From positions 1 to 27,108 of IMG/VR virus record IMGVR_UViG_3300011334_000066: a stretch of DNA of 27,108 nt; one strand, given 5' to 3'. The position numbers and the translations under genes were made by a program. Source of the DNA: a virus. Taxonomy: Duplodnaviria; Caudoviricetes. This document shows, in pieces, positions 15,988 to 24,366 of the stretch. Below the pieces are notes generated by a model that was not told where the DNA came from, did not search any database, and saw only the letters and a list, made by a program, of their open reading frames with translations. Position 1 is the first letter of the stretch; each line of letters starts with the position of its first letter.

Positions 15988-16385
15988 TTTTCACCCTACA
16001 CAATAGCCAACAAGCCCACACCGTCCTGAAAAACTTATGGCCCAAGATCAAAGAAACCTTGCAAGCGGGCAAGCAGCTACGCTTGGAAGTCAAAAAAGCC
16101 AACCGAAGCAATGAGCAAAACGATATGTTTCACGCCTTGATTGACAAAGTAACCAAAGAAATGAAGGTTGCGGGTTCGGATTGGGATGCGGAATGTTGGA
16201 AAAGGTTGCTCATAGACGCCTGGGCTAACGAAACGGGGCGCAAGATTGGGCGGGTAGTGCCAAGCCTAGACGGTCAAAGGGTGGTGCAACTAGGTGTGCA
16301 AAGCCACAAATTCACTAAAGAAGAAGGTTCGGAGTTTATTGAGTGGTTATTGTGTTGGATGGCAAACAAAGGAATTGAGGCATGA
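15984..16385 (+). CDS. ninB: NinB (Orf) family recombination protein
   Basis: RSNEQNDMFHALI...W..ECWKRLL...PSLDG..VVQLG..S..FTK.E.SEFIE. Confidence 0.82.
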   Translation: MIFTLHNSQQAHTVLKNLWPKIKETLQAGKQLRLEVKKANRSNEQNDMFHALIDKVTKEMKVAGSDWDAECWKRLLIDAWANETGRKIGRVVPSLDGQRVVQLGVQSHKFTKEEGSEFIEWLLCWMANKGIEA

Positions 16386-17014
16386 GTTACATCATTGCAT
16401 CCCTACCCCCCATGAAATGTTTTGTAAAACGTGAGTTTTTATACAACGATCACAAGGGGCATGGTGAGTTAGAACCCGCAATTTGGGTAAGTCTTAAAGC
16501 CTTGAGGGGTCAAGTATTCCGCATTGAATCACTACTCCCCGCATATGGCGCTTTGTATGACAAGCTACCCATCCATGCTTACGTTTGGCACACCGATGCG
16601 GGCAATTTGCCCATTGACACTTTGCAATTATGGGATTGCATGGGCTACAAGTTCACAATTCTTGAGAAAATTGGCTTGCGTAACTTGGGCGTTAAGTTCT
16701 ACGGCAAAGATAAAGAATGGCACTTTGGGCGGTATTTGTTCACCGTTGACTTTTGTGCGGATGGGATGGAACTTGACACGGGCTTTACCGAGCAAGCCGA
16801 GGAACACAAGAGTTTTAACTTTATTGCGCTAGAAAACGGGCAATTTGCTTGTCAACCCAACAACCGATGCTTGTGGTATGACCAAAGTCTAATCCCATCG
16901 GAAACAAAACACCCCGATTTTAAAGCCGCACAAAGGCTTTGGACGGTTGATGGCACGCGCAAATGGTCAGCGGGCGATGATTGGTTCTATAACATTGAGG
17001 AAAAGAACACATGA
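16382..17014 (+). CDS. Hypothetical phage protein (aromatic-rich, 210 aa)
   Basis: Long coupled ORF (ATGA both ends); no function recognised. Confidence 0.7.
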   Translation: MSYIIASLPPMKCFVKREFLYNDHKGHGELEPAIWVSLKALRGQVFRIESLLPAYGALYDKLPIHAYVWHTDAGNLPIDTLQLWDCMGYKFTILEKIGLRNLGVKFYGKDKEWHFGRYLFTVDFCADGMELDTGFTEQAEEHKSFNFIALENGQFACQPNNRCLWYDQSLIPSETKHPDFKAAQRLWTVDGTRKWSAGDDWFYNIEEKNT

Positions 17015-17172
17015 TGAACGACAAACCGCCAACGAGGGAAATGTGTTTAAAGATGGCAGAAATGTTGTTTAGTGATTTGTTTATAAAACACGCAGAGGAA
17101 TTGGCATGGAAATACTTGTTTATATGGGCTATGTATGACCATTGGCTTGATGAGTATTGGATTGAAAAATGA
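17011..17172 (+). CDS. Hypothetical protein (53 aa; not in ORF track)
   Basis: MMNDKPPTREMCLKMAEMLFSDLFIKHAEELAWKYLFIWAMYDHWLDEYWIEK, with ATGA couplings. Confidence 0.6.
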   Translation: MMNDKPPTREMCLKMAEMLFSDLFIKHAEELAWKYLFIWAMYDHWLDEYWIEK

Positions 17173-17390
17173 TGTGTCCAATATGCAAGACCCGCCACAA
17201 CAAAGTTTTAGACACTAGGGCAAACCCTGAATTTATCCTTAGAAGGCGAATTTGCGCTGACGGTCACAAATATTTAACTAAAGAATATGCAATAACCGAT
17301 GACACAATACTTGAAGCACCAATATGTGAGAAGCCAAAAACTCCTAAAGCTAGTGGCGGGTTTAGCCTGTCAAAACTGTGGCATAGATAA
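17169..17390 (+). CDS. NrdR-like zinc-ribbon protein
   Basis: MCPIC...KVLDTR...RRRIC..GHKY.TKE resembles the NrdR N-terminal Zn ribbon. No ATP-cone. Confidence 0.6.
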   Translation: MMCPICKTRHNKVLDTRANPEFILRRRICADGHKYLTKEYAITDDTILEAPICEKPKTPKASGGFSLSKLWHR

Positions 17391-17622
17391 CGGGGTACAA
17401 GCGGCTCATAGCAACTGGGGTGGTGGCAAGGGTAAAGGTATCAAGGCCGATGACAACCTAGTGGCTGCTTTATGCCTTAAATGCCATTACGAAATAGACC
17501 AAGGGGCGCATCTATCCAAAGATGAACGCAAGGAAATGTGGCAAAAAGCCCATGAAAGAACCATAAATAACTTGGTTGAGAGCAATCAATGGCCCAAAGA
17601 TGTTCCAATTCCTATATACTAA
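17299..17622 (+). CDS. DUF968/YbcO-like HNH-type Zn-binding putative nuclease
   Basis: LACQNCG...QAAHSN..GKG.GIKADD....LC..CH.EID. Confidence 0.7.
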   Translation: MTQYLKHQYVRSQKLLKLVAGLACQNCGIDNGVQAAHSNWGGGKGKGIKADDNLVAALCLKCHYEIDQGAHLSKDERKEMWQKAHERTINNLVESNQWPKDVPIPIY

Positions 17623-17637
17623 AATTGCAGTTGAGTT

Positions 17638-17678
17638 GTGGTGAGAATGTATTAAAATGCAATCTCACCACTTTTTTT
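17638..17678 (+). terminator. Intrinsic terminator before the late region
   Basis: GTGGTGAGA/TCTCACCAC stem followed by T7. Confidence 0.7.
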
Positions 17679-17688
17679 AGGAAAAAGC

Positions 17689-18060
17689 ATGGATAAATAC
17701 TCGGGCTATGTGTCAAACTTTGTCCTAGCACTACTGCACTGCGGCACAAACGCCCATTTGATGCACTGGACAACCAATAGCTTTAGCAAGCACTCGGCTC
17801 TTGCTACGTTTTATGACCTAATCGTAGAACAAACGGATGCCTATGCCGAGGCTTACATGGGCAAATATGGTCAACTCAAGAAATTTCCCAATGAGTACCA
17901 TCCCCCAAACCCCGACCCAATCCGATACTTTGAAGTGTTGTCTAAGTTCGTAATGGACATTAGGAAGCAATTACCCCAAGACTCGGAACTTAATCAGCTT
18001 GTGGATAACATTCAAGAGAACATAGATTCAACCCTATACAAACTAAAGTATCTAAATTAA
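17689..18060 (+). CDS. Ferritin/Dps-like four-helix protein (DUF5856-like)
   Basis: H.MHW.T.SFSKH.AL..FYD.....D..AE.YMG.YG and terminal TLYKLKYL resemble the Dps ferroxidase pattern. Confidence 0.7.
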   Translation: MDKYSGYVSNFVLALLHCGTNAHLMHWTTNSFSKHSALATFYDLIVEQTDAYAEAYMGKYGQLKKFPNEYHPPNPDPIRYFEVLSKFVMDIRKQLPQDSELNQLVDNIQENIDSTLYKLKYLN

Positions 18061-18154
18061 GAGGGCGGTTAAACAGGCAATTGAGGATGTCGAGTGTGTA
18101 ATTTTCCTGTTTTCTCGCACACATAGTTAAAGACCAAATCAACGCCCTCACCCA
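18061..18154 (+). ncRNA. Candidate structured (possibly pseudoknotted) RNA upstream of terS
   Basis: Closing stem GAGGGCG/CGCCCTC; inner TTGA/TCAA, GTC/GAC and GTGTGT/GCACAC helices; AAACAGG complementary to CCTGTTT in the apical loop. Confidence 0.45.
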
Positions 18155-18168
18155 ACAAGGTGCAAGCA

Positions 18169-18498
18169 ATGAGTGAAAACAACAAACCAAAACAAAGCCG
18201 CAAGGGTTGGACGAATAACCCCAACGGGAGGCCGTCAGGAGTGCCCAACAAGGTCACGCAAGAGGCAAGACAGGCCATAGCCTTGTTTGTGGATAAAAAC
18301 GCGCACAGGCTCGCAGAATGGCTCGATGCCGTTGCCGAAGGTGATCCAACTAACGATGTGAAACCAAACCCCGCCAAGGCGTTTGAGTTGTTCCAAAGCG
18401 TTGTTGAGTACCATGTACCGAAGTTGGCACGTTCAGAGGTAACAGGCGCAGATGGTGGCCCACAAGAAATGGTCATTAAATGGCAAGCGGAATCATAG
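18169..18498 (+). CDS. terS: Terminase small subunit
   Basis: NPNGRPSGVPNK N-terminus, PKLARSEVTGADGGP C-terminus. Overlaps the terL start. Confidence 0.8.
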   Translation: MSENNKPKQSRKGWTNNPNGRPSGVPNKVTQEARQAIALFVDKNAHRLAEWLDAVAEGDPTNDVKPNPAKAFELFQSVVEYHVPKLARSEVTGADGGPQEMVIKWQAES

Positions 18499-19820
18499 AA
18501 ATCCCATACAGCCCTAGAAAGCAGTTTAGGGAGTTTCATGCCAGAACCGAGCGTTGGGCGTGTTTGGTTGCTCACCGAAGGGCGGGTAAGACCGTTGCGG
18601 CTATCAATGACATCATTAGGGCGGCAATCACTTGCAAAAGCCCAATGCCCTTGTTTGGGTATGTTGCCCCGTATAGAAGCCAAGCCAAGAGCGTGGCGTG
18701 GGACTATCTCAAATACTTTTCCCGTCCTATTGCCAAGTCAAGCAATGAGGCCGACTTAATCATTGAACTGCTAAACGGTGCAAAAATCAGGCTTTTTGGT
18801 GCGGACAATGCCGATGCCATGCGTGGATTGGGCTTTGATGGCCTCTACCTTGATGAATATGGCGACTTCAAACCAAGCGTTTGGGGTAATGTGGTGAGGC
18901 CAGCGTTATCTGATAAACAAGGGTGGTGCGTCTTTGGTGGCACGCCCAAGGGTAAGAATCAATTTTGGGATATCTACGAGACAAGCCGAAAACTACCAAA
19001 TGAGTGGTTTACGTTGTCATTACCCGCTAGTAAATCCAAGCTATTGCCCGAATCAGAGCTACAAGCAGCTCAAGCGCAACTAGCAGAAGATCAATATTTG
19101 CAAGAATATGAGTGCAGCTTTGAGGCGGCAATCGTTGGTGCGATATGGGGAACTGAAATGCGTCGGGTTAGCGAAGATGGGCGCATAACCAAGGTTGAGA
19201 ACCAAATTGAGGTCAAGACACACACGGCTTGGGACTTGGGGCATACCGATGACACCGCAATTTGGTGGTATCAAGTCATTGGGGGCGAAATCCATATTGT
19301 TGATTTTTTTGCCCTTTCTGGTGGAACTATCGAAGAATTTGTTACAAAAATCAAAGAAAAACCCTACAATTACGGAAAGCACTACCTACCGCATGATGCA
19401 AGGGCAAGGACTTTGGCAAGCGGTGGGAAGTCAGTAATTGAGCAAATGGCAGCGCACTTGGGCATTAACAACTTGGCAATTGTGCCTAGTTTGACGGTTC
19501 AAGATGGCATCCAAGCGGTGCGCATGGCATTGCCAAGATGTTGGTTTGATGCCGAGAAATGCGCTGATGGCATTGAGGCGTTGAGACAGTATCAGCGTGA
19601 GTACGATGAGGACAAAAAGGCTTTTAGGCAAACGCCCAAGCACGATTGGACAAGTCACCCCGCTGATGCCATGAGGATGTTAGCAATTAGTTGGCGGGAA
19701 GAACCCAAAGATAAACCGCCTGACCCGAGTAAAGTGTTGATTGTTGGCCCTGAAAACGAAGTCACAATGAACGATATGTGGGCAATCCACAAACAAACCG
19801 CTAGGAGCAATCGAATATGA
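18480..19820 (+). CDS. terL: Terminase large subunit
   Basis: Walker A AHRRAGKT, Walker B LYLDE, motif III GTPKG, nuclease WDLG..DDTAIW and HDWTSHPADA. Confidence 0.95.
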   Translation: MASGIIEIPYSPRKQFREFHARTERWACLVAHRRAGKTVAAINDIIRAAITCKSPMPLFGYVAPYRSQAKSVAWDYLKYFSRPIAKSSNEADLIIELLNGAKIRLFGADNADAMRGLGFDGLYLDEYGDFKPSVWGNVVRPALSDKQGWCVFGGTPKGKNQFWDIYETSRKLPNEWFTLSLPASKSKLLPESELQAAQAQLAEDQYLQEYECSFEAAIVGAIWGTEMRRVSEDGRITKVENQIEVKTHTAWDLGHTDDTAIWWYQVIGGEIHIVDFFALSGGTIEEFVTKIKEKPYNYGKHYLPHDARARTLASGGKSVIEQMAAHLGINNLAIVPSLTVQDGIQAVRMALPRCWFDAEKCADGIEALRQYQREYDEDKKAFRQTPKHDWTSHPADAMRMLAISWREEPKDKPPDPSKVLIVGPENEVTMNDMWAIHKQTARSNRI

Positions 19821-20131
19821 GTGGAATAAATACACCTTACGCATACCAATATGAACACGTCCCTGCAAGCGCAACTGCGCGTGTTTTGGGTGGCACGGGC
19901 GCAGCGGGGGATTATCTTCACCGCTTGCTTTGCACGGTATCAACTGCCGCAACGGGCAATGTCAGCATTTCCGATGGCGCAACTTTTACTCATGTGGTGT
20001 TGCCCGCTTTGCCTGGTGGTGGCATCGGTCAATACAACATCGAATTCAACATGATATCTAGAAATGGCTCATGGAGAGTGACCACGGGTGCGGGTGTTGA
20101 GGTGTTGGGTGTTGGCATCTTCTCGGCTTAA
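19817..20131 (+). CDS. Hypothetical beta-rich virion-region protein
   Basis: ATGA coupling with terL; Gly/Thr/Val-rich. Confidence 0.65.
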   Translation: MSGINTPYAYQYEHVPASATARVLGGTGAAGDYLHRLLCTVSTAATGNVSISDGATFTHVVLPALPGGGIGQYNIEFNMISRNGSWRVTTGAGVEVLGVGIFSA

Positions 20132-20133
20132 TC

Positions 20134-20289
20134 ATGTCTAAAGCTGGACTTTATGCCAACATCTTGGCTAAACAAGAGCGAATCAAGGCGGGTTCGGGCG
20201 AAAAGATGAACAAAGTGGGAAGTAAAGACGCCCCTACCGCTAAAGATTTTAAAGACGCTGCTAAAACTGCAAAGCCTGAAAACAAATGA
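20134..20289 (+). CDS. Small basic protein (51 aa; not in ORF track)
   Basis: MSKAGLYANILAKQERIKAGSGEKMNKVGSKDAPTAKDFKDAAKTAKPENK, with ATGA overlap into the next gene. Confidence 0.7.
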   Translation: MSKAGLYANILAKQERIKAGSGEKMNKVGSKDAPTAKDFKDAAKTAKPENK

Positions 20290-20579
20290 CAGCCGCATGG
20301 ACTCGCAAAGAAGGTAAGAACCCTGAAGGCGGGTTAAACGCCAAAGGGCGGGCGAGTTATGAAGCGGAGACGGGCGGCACATTGAAGCCCCCCGTTAAAT
20401 CGGGAGACAACCCAAGGCGTGCATCCTTTCTTGCACGAATGGGTGCAACCGATGGCCCAATGGAGAAGAATGGCGAACCCACACGGTTAGCACTTGCTTT
20501 AAAGGCGTGGGGCGCATCGTCAAAAGAAGATGCCCGAGCCAAGGCAAGAGCAATTTCTGAAAGAAACAACAATGGCTGA
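20286..20579 (+). CDS. Small basic phage protein (DUF6321-like)
   Basis: AWTRKEGKNPEGGLNAKGRASY...RRASFLARM. Confidence 0.65.
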   Translation: MTAAWTRKEGKNPEGGLNAKGRASYEAETGGTLKPPVKSGDNPRRASFLARMGATDGPMEKNGEPTRLALALKAWGASSKEDARAKARAISERNNNG

Positions 20580-22908
20580 ATTAGTCCCAACGGAAGTTGA
20601 CAAGTACAACACCCTCATAGCTACTTATGACAATGAGTTCAAAAAGTGGGAAGCACGCACCAAGAAAATTATCAGGCGTTACAGGGATGACACCCGTAGC
20701 GCAAGCGGCAATGACACCGCTAAATTCAATATTCTTTGGTCAAACGTCCAAACTTTAATCCCCGCTGTTTATAGCAAAATGCCAAAGGCCGACGTTAGCC
20801 GTAGGTTTGGCGACAATGACCCAATTGGGCGTGTTGCGTCTGAATTGGTTGAGCGTGCGTTAGATTTTGAGATTGAACATTACACCGACTTTAGAAGCAC
20901 GATGCGTCATGCGGTGGAAGATCGGTTCTTAGGAGGCCGTGGCGTGGCATGGGTTCGTTATGAGCCGCACGTTGTCCAAGTGCCTGGTATGCCCGAAACC
21001 CCCGATGATGGCTTGCAAGTCACCGAAGATGCGGACGAGGCCGAAACCAAAGACTACACGGCAGGGCAAGTTGAGCCGATGGAACAAATAGAGTACGAGT
21101 GCGCACCTACTGATTACGTCCATTGGGCTGATTTTGGTCACAGCGTTGCCCGTACATGGGAGGAAGTAACCCAAGTGTGGCGTTGGGTGTACATGACCAA
21201 AGATGCTTTAGTTGAGCGTTTTGGTGAAGATGCGGCACGAAATATCCCGTTGGACAGTGGCCCTGATCCTCTGTCTAACTATGCAAGCAGCCAAAAAGAA
21301 TACACAAGGGCAAAGATTTGCGAGCTGTGGGACAAAGAGACTGCCAAGGTCTATTGGTTTAGTAAGCAAGGCAACAAGTTCATTGATGTACGGGATGACC
21401 CGTTAGAGCTAGAGCAGTTTTTCCCATGTTGCAAGCCTTTGTATGCAACGATGACAAGCGATAGTCTTGTGCCTGTGCCTGATTTCGTGCTCTATCAAGA
21501 CCAAGCCAATGAGTTGGACATCTTGAGTGACCGCATTGATGGCTTAGTTAAGTCTTTGCGTGTCCGTGGTGTTTACGATTCAAGCGTCCCCGCATTGCAA
21601 CGATTGTTGACCGAGGGTGACAACAACACTTTGATTCCTGTTGACAAGTGGATGGCGTTTAGTGAAAAATGCGGTTTAAAGGGTGCAATTGACCTTATCC
21701 CGTTGGACACTCTAGCTAATGCTTTGCTTCAATGCTATCGAGCAAGACAAGAAATCAAACAACAAATTTATGAAATCACGGGTTTGTCGGACATCTTGAG
21801 GGGTGCATCACAAGCGAGTGAAACCGCCACGGCTCAACAAATCAAGGGACAATTTGCAAGCCTTAGACTGCGTTCTATGCAAGAGGAAGTGGCAATTTTT
21901 GCTTCCGACTTGATTAGACTTAAAGCGCAGATCATTTGCACGAAGTTCCAACCGCAGACAATTATGATGTATGCAGCGGCAAGTCAAATGCAACCCGTGG
22001 ATCAGCAGATGATTCCACAGGCTTTGGCGTTGATTAAAGACAAGCCATTGCGCAACTTCAGGATTGAGGTGGCGGCAGATAGTTTGGTGCAATTGGACGA
22101 AGCGGCAATGAAGCGTGAGCGTACCGAGTTTATTGGTGCGTTTGCGGGATTCCTACAACAAGCCATGCCCGTTGCACAAGCAAGCCCCGAAATGACACCC
22201 GTATTGATGGAAGTTATGAAGTTTGGCGTAAGTGCGTTTAAGTCATCACAACAACTTGAGGGTGTCATTGACCAAGCTCTTGACCAAATCAAGCAAAAGA
22301 TGGCTCAACCACAACAACCCAAGCCCGACCCCGAGATGATTAAGTTGCAAGCGCAACAACAATCCGAGCAGATGCGTGTTCAAGCGGATATGCAAGCCAC
22401 GCAAGCTAAAGCGCAATTTGATGCTCAATTACATCAAGCCAAAATACAAGCTGAAATGCAAATGGAGCAGATGAAAGTGCAAGCCGAAATGCAAGCCGAG
22501 GCGCAGAAACAGCAATTCACGGCGCAATTGGAAAGTGCAAAACTTGAACGTGAGCAACAAATGGAGCGCTTTAAAGCTGAACTGGACGCAAGCACCCAGA
22601 TTCGTGTGGCTCAGATCAACCATTCAGCGTCTATGCACCCCGATGACATCACTGCACAACAACAAGTTCAATCACTGATGAACCAAGACTTGCGAAGCAT
22701 GATTGAGGCAATGATGAACACGGTGAACAATTCCAATCAACAAGTCATGCAAAGCCACAACAATACCGTTGGAACAATGCAAGAAATGATGAAAAATCAG
22801 AGTGACAACAAAGAAGTAATGAAAGCAGTGGCTGACATGATTGCAGCGCCAAAGAGAATTGTGCGCGGGCCTGATGGCAAAGCTGTTGGCGTAGAGGTTG
22901 TTAAATGA
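20572..22908 (+). CDS. Portal protein (P22-like, long C-terminal helical barrel)
   Basis: About 780 aa after terL. NILWSNVQTL.P..Y, GRGVAWVRYE and IYEITGLSDILRG...ETATAQ, followed by a Q-rich coiled-coil tail. Confidence 0.88.
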   Translation: MAELVPTEVDKYNTLIATYDNEFKKWEARTKKIIRRYRDDTRSASGNDTAKFNILWSNVQTLIPAVYSKMPKADVSRRFGDNDPIGRVASELVERALDFEIEHYTDFRSTMRHAVEDRFLGGRGVAWVRYEPHVVQVPGMPETPDDGLQVTEDADEAETKDYTAGQVEPMEQIEYECAPTDYVHWADFGHSVARTWEEVTQVWRWVYMTKDALVERFGEDAARNIPLDSGPDPLSNYASSQKEYTRAKICELWDKETAKVYWFSKQGNKFIDVRDDPLELEQFFPCCKPLYATMTSDSLVPVPDFVLYQDQANELDILSDRIDGLVKSLRVRGVYDSSVPALQRLLTEGDNNTLIPVDKWMAFSEKCGLKGAIDLIPLDTLANALLQCYRARQEIKQQIYEITGLSDILRGASQASETATAQQIKGQFASLRLRSMQEEVAIFASDLIRLKAQIICTKFQPQTIMMYAAASQMQPVDQQMIPQALALIKDKPLRNFRIEVAADSLVQLDEAAMKRERTEFIGAFAGFLQQAMPVAQASPEMTPVLMEVMKFGVSAFKSSQQLEGVIDQALDQIKQKMAQPQQPKPDPEMIKLQAQQQSEQMRVQADMQATQAKAQFDAQLHQAKIQAEMQMEQMKVQAEMQAEAQKQQFTAQLESAKLEREQQMERFKAELDASTQIRVAQINHSASMHPDDITAQQQVQSLMNQDLRSMIEAMMNTVNNSNQQVMQSHNNTVGTMQEMMKNQSDNKEVMKAVADMIAAPKRIVRGPDGKAVGVEVVK

Positions 22909-23090
22909 TTGAAACCACTAAAGGGCAAATGGATGAATCCTTGCTTGATAAGCGGGAAGGCCAAACAGAAACCGACACGGAAACAGTTGCGTGGGTTGAG
23001 TATTGGCTTGAAAATGAATTAGTGCATCGTTCAGTTCATGTGCATTTGAAAGAGGCAGCCATTGCGGATGGCGCTGCTTTATCTTTCTAA
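22905..23090 (+). CDS. Hypothetical protein
   Basis: ATGA coupling; WVEYWLENELVHRSVHV. Confidence 0.65.
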   Translation: MIETTKGQMDESLLDKREGQTETDTETVAWVEYWLENELVHRSVHVHLKEAAIADGAALSF

Positions 23091-23099
23091 GGAAACAAA

Positions 23100-23546
23100 A
23101 TGGCAAATTCAACGGCAATGTGTACAAGTTTCAAGGGCGAATTGCTTACGGGTACGCACAACTTCACGCCAACTACAGGCAACACATTTAAAGCCGCCTT
23201 GTATTTTGCAAGTGGTAGTTTGGGTGCGGGAACTACCGCCTATTCAACAACCAATGAAGTTACAAACACATCTGGCACGGGATATACCGCTGGAGGCGTG
23301 ACGGTTTCTAATGCCAATGCCCCCGCAACAAGTGGAACAACCGCATATTGGACACCCCCGGGTGATTTCTCATGGACTGCTTTAACCATTACAACGGCAT
23401 TTGACGCTGTTTTAATCTATAACTCAAGCGCGAGTCACAAGGCAGTTAGCGTTCACAACTTTGGATCGCAAACAGTAACGGCTGGCAACTTCACGTTGAC
23501 CATGCCCGTGAACAACGCATCCACAGGTCTATTGCGTATTGCATAA
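23100..23546 (+). CDS. Putative virion structural protein
   Basis: AAGGA SD. Thr/Gly/Ala-rich beta protein (SFKGELL.G.HNF...FKAALY...GYTAGG). Confidence 0.65.
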   Translation: MANSTAMCTSFKGELLTGTHNFTPTTGNTFKAALYFASGSLGAGTTAYSTTNEVTNTSGTGYTAGGVTVSNANAPATSGTTAYWTPPGDFSWTALTITTAFDAVLIYNSSASHKAVSVHNFGSQTVTAGNFTLTMPVNNASTGLLRIA

Positions 23547-24025
23547 TGGCACAAGGTGCATGGGGCATAGGCGATTGGGATGATGCCAAGTGGGATAGTC
23601 TCCCATTAGCGGGCAATCAAGCTACGGGTGGCGTTGGAGATGTTACCGCTACTTTTCCCATAATTGTTCAATTAACGGGTGTTCAAGCGGTTGGCGCGGT
23701 GGGCAATGTCACGCCTCCCGTGCCTATTATTTACATTGATGACACCCATGATCCTGGCCCTGATAAGCTCAAAAAGCAGCTTAAACGTGAGCAAGAGAAG
23801 AACAAAAAGCGTAGGGATGAGATTCTTGCGGCTTTTGAGCGCATTGTTGAGGGCAAAATACCCGAGGAAATAATTGCGCCTTATGTTGAAACATTTGCTA
23901 CAATTAAAACCAAGCAAAATGTCACATTGACAGACATTGACAAAATGGTGTCAAATTTGGACAAAATGCAGTTAATTTGGGACGACCACATCGAATCAGA
24001 TGACGAGGAAATTTTGTTACTATGA
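23546..24025 (+). CDS. Hypothetical virion-region protein
   Basis: Trp/Gly N-terminus, two L.G.QA.G.VG.VT repeats, charged helix, DDEEILLL end. Confidence 0.6.
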   Translation: MAQGAWGIGDWDDAKWDSLPLAGNQATGGVGDVTATFPIIVQLTGVQAVGAVGNVTPPVPIIYIDDTHDPGPDKLKKQLKREQEKNKKRRDEILAAFERIVEGKIPEEIIAPYVETFATIKTKQNVTLTDIDKMVSNLDKMQLIWDDHIESDDEEILLL

Positions 24026-24363
24026 GAACAACTTACGTTATGCGTAATGGCGAATTGGTTGAAAAACACAAAGCCAATGATGATATTGATGCGCCCATGA
24101 TTATGGGTGACATTTCTCCTTACCAATCAATGATTGACGGTTCGATGATACAGAGCCGAAGCCGACACCGTGAACATCTAAGAGCAAATGGATGTATTGA
24201 GGTGGGCAATGAATCAATGGAAACAAAACTCACAGCCCCCTCTAGCGAGAAAAGGCGTGAGGTTTTGGCTCAACAGTTGGGCAATATGACCCACAATGAA
24301 GCCAACAAGATAATGAATTCATTGCGTGAGCAAGCCAATCAGATGAAATATCACAGGAGATAA
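24022..24363 (+). CDS. Hypothetical protein preceding scaffold
   Basis: PYQSMIDGS.I.SRS.HREHLR..GCIEVGNE; ATGA coupling. Confidence 0.65.
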   Translation: MRTTYVMRNGELVEKHKANDDIDAPMIMGDISPYQSMIDGSMIQSRSRHREHLRANGCIEVGNESMETKLTAPSSEKRREVLAQQLGNMTHNEANKIMNSLREQANQMKYHRR

Positions 24364-24366
24364 ACT

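Noticed and set aside
18061-18154. Known self-cleaving ribozyme (hammerhead, twister, HDV-like)
   Set aside because: Conserved cores such as CUGAUGA/GAAA could not be matched by eye.
18069-18683. Long antisense ORF over terS/terL and other shadow ORFs in the track
   Set aside because: They lie opposite or out of frame to well-supported genes, with no motifs or RBS.
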